20,000 nt of DNA from IMG/VR virus record IMGVR_UViG_3300006147_000010, positions 58,679 to 78,678 of that record; one strand, given 5' to 3'. The stretch is from an uncultured virus (IMG/VR IMGVR_UViG_3300006147_000010) (lineage: Duplodnaviria; Heunggongvirae; Uroviricota; Caudoviricetes). Positions 16,648 to 20,000 of the stretch are shown here, piece by piece. A program made the translations under genes and the position numbers. Every line of letters begins with the position of its first letter. The stretch's first letter is position 1. Below the pieces are notes generated by a model. It saw only the letters and a list, made by a program, of their open reading frames with translations, did no database searches and was not told where the DNA came from.

Positions 16648-16676
16648 ATTATATCATATGGGCGCAGTTTTGTCAA
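16648..16676 (-). promoter_or_regulatory. Consensus sigma-A promoter for the mazF-mrpR operon
   Basis: TTGACA (16676-16671), 17 bp, TATAAT (16653-16648), with an extended TG and an upstream A-tract. Confidence 0.9.
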
Positions 16677-16708
16677 CACTTTTTTTTGAAGAATTTCCGA
16701 GAAAATTT

Positions 16709-17017
16709 TCAAGCACATTTTAGGGTGAATCTTACCGGTATAGGCTCCCCATCCATAGAATAATCACCACATACGAAGATATAAACCTGGTAACCATCCA
16801 TTTTCCCTTTCTTCTTGATAGCCTGAATGTGGGTAAGACACAGGAAGTCAACACCATTTTTCAGAGCGATATAGGGGGACGCCGACAGGATCACGGACGC
16901 ATGGCTGAACTGGGTAGAGAAGGCGAGTGGGGTAAGCGGGTCGTCGTATTCCAGCATGAACCGGCTATACGTACCGATTTCATTGCGAAACTTCCCGAGA
17001 GACAGGTTTGATTTCAT
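16709..17017 (-). CDS. Hypothetical protein, first gene of the leftward switch transcript
   Basis: 102 aa, GGAGG RBS, no recognisable HTH. Confidence 0.75.
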   Translation of the reverse strand: MKSNLSLGKFRNEIGTYSRFMLEYDDPLTPLAFSTQFSHASVILSASPYIALKNGVDFLCLTHIQAIKKKGKMDGYQVYIFVCGDYSMDGEPIPVRFTLKCA

Positions 17018-17038
17018 TGTTTACCTCCAAAAAGGAAC

Positions 17039-17067
17039 TTGACATACATGGTGTTTTGTGCTACTCT
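17039..17067 (+). promoter_or_regulatory. Rightward promoter for the CI-like repressor
   Basis: TTGACA (17039-17044), 17 bp, TG-n-TACTCT (17062-17067). Confidence 0.7.
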
Positions 17068-17118
17068 GTGAATGTAACATTCTGTTGATGTAGCAAACAA
17101 TAACACAAACACTCTGTT
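17045..17118. promoter_or_regulatory. Three putative operator boxes AACA-N3-TGTT
   Basis: TACATGGTGTT 17045-17055, AACATTCTGTT 17076-17086 and AACACTCTGTT 17108-17118 (31 and 32 bp apart), plus a perfect palindrome GAATGTAACATTC at 17070-17082. Confidence 0.55.
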
Positions 17119-17125
17119 ATGTCAA
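17097..17125 (-). promoter_or_regulatory. Leftward promoter facing the repressor promoter
   Basis: TTGACA (17125-17120), 17 bp, TG-n-TATTGT (17102-17097). Confidence 0.7.
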
Positions 17126-17147
17126 GGCAAATTTTTCGGAGGTAGCT

Positions 17148-17918
17148 ATGGACTTCAAAGAAAACCTGAAAGCCATCAGGATGGATAGGGGCATGACGCA
17201 AAGGTCTCTGGGTGTAAGCCTTGGCGTGACTCCAGTTACGATTGGCAACTGGGAGAGAGGGACGAGACAGCCATCCTTTGACCTGCTTGTCCGCCTTGCA
17301 GAAACTCTTAAAACGAGTACCGACGAACTGCTTGGCAGGTACGCCGGCAAGATACTGAGTCTTGAGGCAGAAGCTATAGCGCGCAAGTATGCATCGCTTG
17401 ACGCACACGGCCGCAGCTTAGTCGATACTGTATGCACAATGGAGTATGAGCGAGTACAACATGGTGCGAAAGTTATCAGACTGCCGTCCCGTGATGAATC
17501 TCAGCATGTGTCGCGGCACAGGTTCCTTCCCAAATACTTGTCCCCTCCGGCGGCAGGCTTTGGTGTGCCGCTCGAAGGGGATGACTTTGAGATGATTCTT
17601 GTAGATGACAACACACCAGATGATGCCGATTACGCGGTCTGCATCTCTGGTGACAGCATGGAGCCGTATATCTCAGATGGCGATATGGTGTTTGTGATGG
17701 AGACCAACGAGCTGGATGATGGAGATGTCGGCATCTTCTGTGTGAACGGAGAGATGTACTGCAAGCAGTATCATGTCGATGACGACGGAACCCTGCACCT
17801 CCTGTCTGCAAATCCGGACAGGGAGAGTGCAAGTTTCCATATCTCACCAGACAGTGGGTACAGTGTGCAGTGCTGCGGGAAAGTCCTTCTGGACTTCTGT
17901 GTCCCTCTCCCTGACTAA
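17148..17918 (+). CDS. CI/LexA-like phage repressor (XRE HTH + S24 peptidase)
   Basis: LKAIR...GMTQRSLG..LGVT..TIGNWERG.RQP (HTH); Ala-Gly cleavage site in PAAGFG; catalytic Ser in GDSMEP and Lys in YCKQ; GGAGG RBS. Confidence 0.92.
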   Translation: MDFKENLKAIRMDRGMTQRSLGVSLGVTPVTIGNWERGTRQPSFDLLVRLAETLKTSTDELLGRYAGKILSLEAEAIARKYASLDAHGRSLVDTVCTMEYERVQHGAKVIRLPSRDESQHVSRHRFLPKYLSPPAAGFGVPLEGDDFEMILVDDNTPDDADYAVCISGDSMEPYISDGDMVFVMETNELDDGDVGIFCVNGEMYCKQYHVDDDGTLHLLSANPDRESASFHISPDSGYSVQCCGKVLLDFCVPLPD

Positions 17919-18451
17919 CGCCTGTTCAAATAGGCGTGAGCAACCGCCGCACGGTACAGAGCTTCCGTTTCAAAGTTCATCGGGAAAACATGAACCTCGT
18001 CGCCGTGTTCGCACCGTTCAATCCACGCTTTACGTCGTTCAATTTCAGCGATTCGTTCTTTCGCCTTATCTTCGACGGCCTTCCATTTCCTTTCCATTTC
18101 CTTCGGGTCAACCCACTCTGGGCATTTACCACCTATGAGTTTGAGATATGATGGGTTGTTGAACAGTTCGGTGGCGTCATAATACCTCCAACCTTCTCGG
18201 ATGGATATCTCACGAACAGCCATCTTTCTTTCATGTTCCCCGTGCGGTATATACCCGCACATACGCTCAAACTCCATACGCTCCGCGCGGTCGGCACTTG
18301 TAGCCATACGTTCCAGCATACGCTGCCTCTCTCTATTGAAGCCGCAAGATGCTATATACTTCTGCTCTGCGGCAAGACCTACTGTCTCTTTCGCAGCTCT
18401 CCCGGCTATATACCCACCGCCTGCAAGCATCCACAAAAATTCAGATAGCAC
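17915..18451 (-). CDS. Hypothetical protein
   Basis: 178 aa, GAGGTG RBS; its 3' end overlaps the repressor 3' end by 4 bp. Confidence 0.7.
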   Translation of the reverse strand: MLSEFLWMLAGGGYIAGRAAKETVGLAAEQKYIASCGFNRERQRMLERMATSADRAERMEFERMCGYIPHGEHERKMAVREISIREGWRYYDATELFNNPSYLKLIGGKCPEWVDPKEMERKWKAVEDKAKERIAEIERRKAWIERCEHGDEVHVFPMNFETEALYRAAVAHAYLNRR

Positions 18452-18477
18452 GAACCTTCACCTCGGGTTACCTTTCG

Positions 18478-18708
18478 TTACGCAACAGCTTCGCTGATGC
18501 TTTCCTTCGCCTCGTCAATCTTATCCAGGGCATCCTCCAGATTGTCGATCGCATTTTCCATACTCTCATACCGTTCACTATTCTGGAGATTCTCTGGGAG
18601 ATTGTCGAGACAATCCTGTTCCTCATCACGCGCATCAGATATCAGGCTGATGGCGCGGTCAAGGAGACTTGTCGCTTCTTTGAGCGAAGACCGTCTTCCC
18701 TTATTCAT
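18478..18708 (-). CDS. Phage hypothetical protein (acidic helical hairpin)
   Basis: GGGAGG RBS before MNKGRR; EEQDCLDNLPENLQNSERYE.ME pattern typical of small phage proteins. Confidence 0.75.
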   Translation of the reverse strand: MNKGRRSSLKEATSLLDRAISLISDARDEEQDCLDNLPENLQNSERYESMENAIDNLEDALDKIDEAKESISEAVA

Positions 18709-18709
18709 C

Positions 18710-19072
18710 TTAATCCTCCCAAACATGCTTGACGCAGACATAGATCGCGACCTCACCGGACTTGGTCTGGTTCACAGAGAACACATCCACATATTGCAGG
18801 ATGTCTACGAACCTGACCATATCATCGCCATGCAGGTCTACACTCGGGACCTCCACAGAAAAGCTCGCATGGACAGACTCCGGGCGCACATCGAGGTTCT
18901 TTACCTCCACGTCGTTATCGTCTGCGAGCCAGCAGAAGAAATCATACACCTTGTTGAACTTCTCCATGTTCGTCTGGTTCACGACGCCACGGCCGCCGGC
19001 CACGGCTTCGTTCACACATTCTGAGAGATCCCTGACGTACTCACGCGGCGCGTTCCCATACACATCTGACAT
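18710..19072 (-). CDS. Hypothetical protein
   Basis: 120 aa, GGAGG RBS, directly downstream of a promoter. Confidence 0.75.
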   Translation of the reverse strand: MSDVYGNAPREYVRDLSECVNEAVAGGRGVVNQTNMEKFNKVYDFFCWLADDNDVEVKNLDVRPESVHASFSVEVPSVDLHGDDMVRFVDILQYVDVFSVNQTKSGEVAIYVCVKHVWED

Positions 19073-19102
19073 TACATTTACCTCCGTAGTTGTTCTTAAG
19101 AT

Positions 19103-19131
19103 ATTATACTTGATATGTAAAAATTTTTCAA
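19103..19131 (-). promoter_or_regulatory. Sigma-A promoter
   Basis: TTGAAA (19131-19126), 17 bp, TATAAT (19108-19103). Confidence 0.8.
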
Positions 19132-19138
19132 CCTTATA

Positions 19139-19789
19139 TCAGGCAATCACAGAACATCTGACATCAAGCCTGACCTTCGCTCCAGGAACCAGCATCGCCA
19201 AGATGGAATTTACTACCGCTTCCGCATTGATGGCACCCTGGAAACTCATGCTGAAGTCCGTCATCTCCATACCGGAAGATGACGGCTTCGCTTTACTCAT
19301 ATCAAGCTGACAGATAAGCGGAGCCTGAACAACATCCTGTGGTTCTTCAGCGGCAGGCGGAGGAGGCGCCTCAACCTCTGCCTCGACTTCATTAAGGAAC
19401 AGACGTTCAAACTCCTCGCGCCGATCCTTCGGCATCTTCTTCCCTGGGGAGAACTTGATCCCGATCTCCTCTGAGCTGCAATGCTTCGTCACGGTAGGAG
19501 CGCCGATTCCAAACAGCCTTGCGAGATCGGATGCGGTCGTTGAGTATTTCCGAATCATATCCAGCAGGTACTCCTTTTGGATCTGAACCGGCATCTTCTT
19601 GAACTCCTCCCATGGCATAGGCTTCCCAAGCTGATATGTCACAGATTCACCACACCTTTCTAACCATTGTTTCCGTGTCATATGGTCTGTTGACATAGGA
19701 CACTTCTTACTTTTACTACCGGACTTCCTATGGAAAGCCTGTCGTGCAAGGCGCTTGCGCTGCATGACTTCGTAGTCAAAGTCATTCAT
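19139..19789 (-). CDS. Hypothetical protein with a possible central HTH
   Basis: AGGAGGTG RBS before MNDFDY at 19789; TASDLARLFGIGAPTVTKH looks like an HTH. Confidence 0.7.
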   Translation of the reverse strand: MNDFDYEVMQRKRLARQAFHRKSGSKSKKCPMSTDHMTRKQWLERCGESVTYQLGKPMPWEEFKKMPVQIQKEYLLDMIRKYSTTASDLARLFGIGAPTVTKHCSSEEIGIKFSPGKKMPKDRREEFERLFLNEVEAEVEAPPPPAAEEPQDVVQAPLICQLDMSKAKPSSSGMEMTDFSMSFQGAINAEAVVNSILAMLVPGAKVRLDVRCSVIA

Positions 19790-19799
19790 ACCGCACCTC

Positions 19800-20000
19800 C
19801 TATAACTCGTAGCTGTAAGTATGATTCCCCAGATTGTCGGGAGGCGCGCCTTCGAGTTTCTTCGGATCGAAGTCGTCGTAGACGATACGTGCGTAGCACG
19901 CCTGCATCTTGCCGGCCATGAAGAACTTCTGCCACAGGTCTTCGTCGCTTTCACCGTGGCCGCTGAGCCAAAAGATCTGGTCAGGATACTTTGCGGACAG
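19800..20000 (-). CDS. Hypothetical phage protein, 3' part
   Basis: Open frame from the window edge: LSAKYPDQIFWLSGHGESDEDLWQKFFMAGK...YEL*. The stop overlaps the next RBS. Confidence 0.65.
   Translation of the reverse strand: MSAKYPDQIFWLSGHGESDEDLWQKFFMAGKMQACYARIVYDDFDPKKLEGAPPDNLGNHTYSYEL

Noticed and set aside
16692..16707. CodY-box-like AATTTCCGAGAAAATT upstream of the mazF promoter
   Set aside because: About four mismatches to AATTTTCWGAAAATT in either register; explainable as an AT-rich UP region.
19790..19954. N-terminal 55 aa extension of the 271 aa ORF
   Set aside because: Overlaps the upstream gene in another frame; a strong RBS supports the ATG at 19789.

Overview
The window is part of a temperate phage or prophage of a Firmicutes host (probably Clostridia-like), with sigma-A promoters and GGAGG RBSs. 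Almost all genes are on the minus strand. Right to left: early hypothetical genes; a plus-strand LexA/CI-type repressor (HTH + S24) controlled from a pair of face-to-face promoters with three evenly spaced operator-like boxes; and a self-contained two-gene operon (consensus promoter, PemK/MazF-family RNase with no cognate antitoxin, SPbeta MrpR/YopR-like inactive tyrosine-recombinase-fold protein, terminator). Next come a multi-hairpin intergenic element and a replication/recombination cluster: HD hydrolase, ERF, SSB, PD-(D/E)XK nuclease, DnaB helicase, DnaG-type primase and DnaE polymerase. dnaE is split by a group I intron (6549-7415) that encodes a NUMOD4-HNH-NUMOD1 homing endonuclease. The left part holds accessory genes, one bracketed by ATAAAA-N6-TTT(T/C)AT palindromes, a C5 cytosine methyltransferase, a small protein resembling a capsid A-domain fragment, a SleB-like cell wall hydrolase and the 5' part of a divergent ThyX. 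The best candidate for an undescribed system is the mazF-mrpR operon beside the CI switch. All family assignments come from motif recognition by eye; no database search was run.
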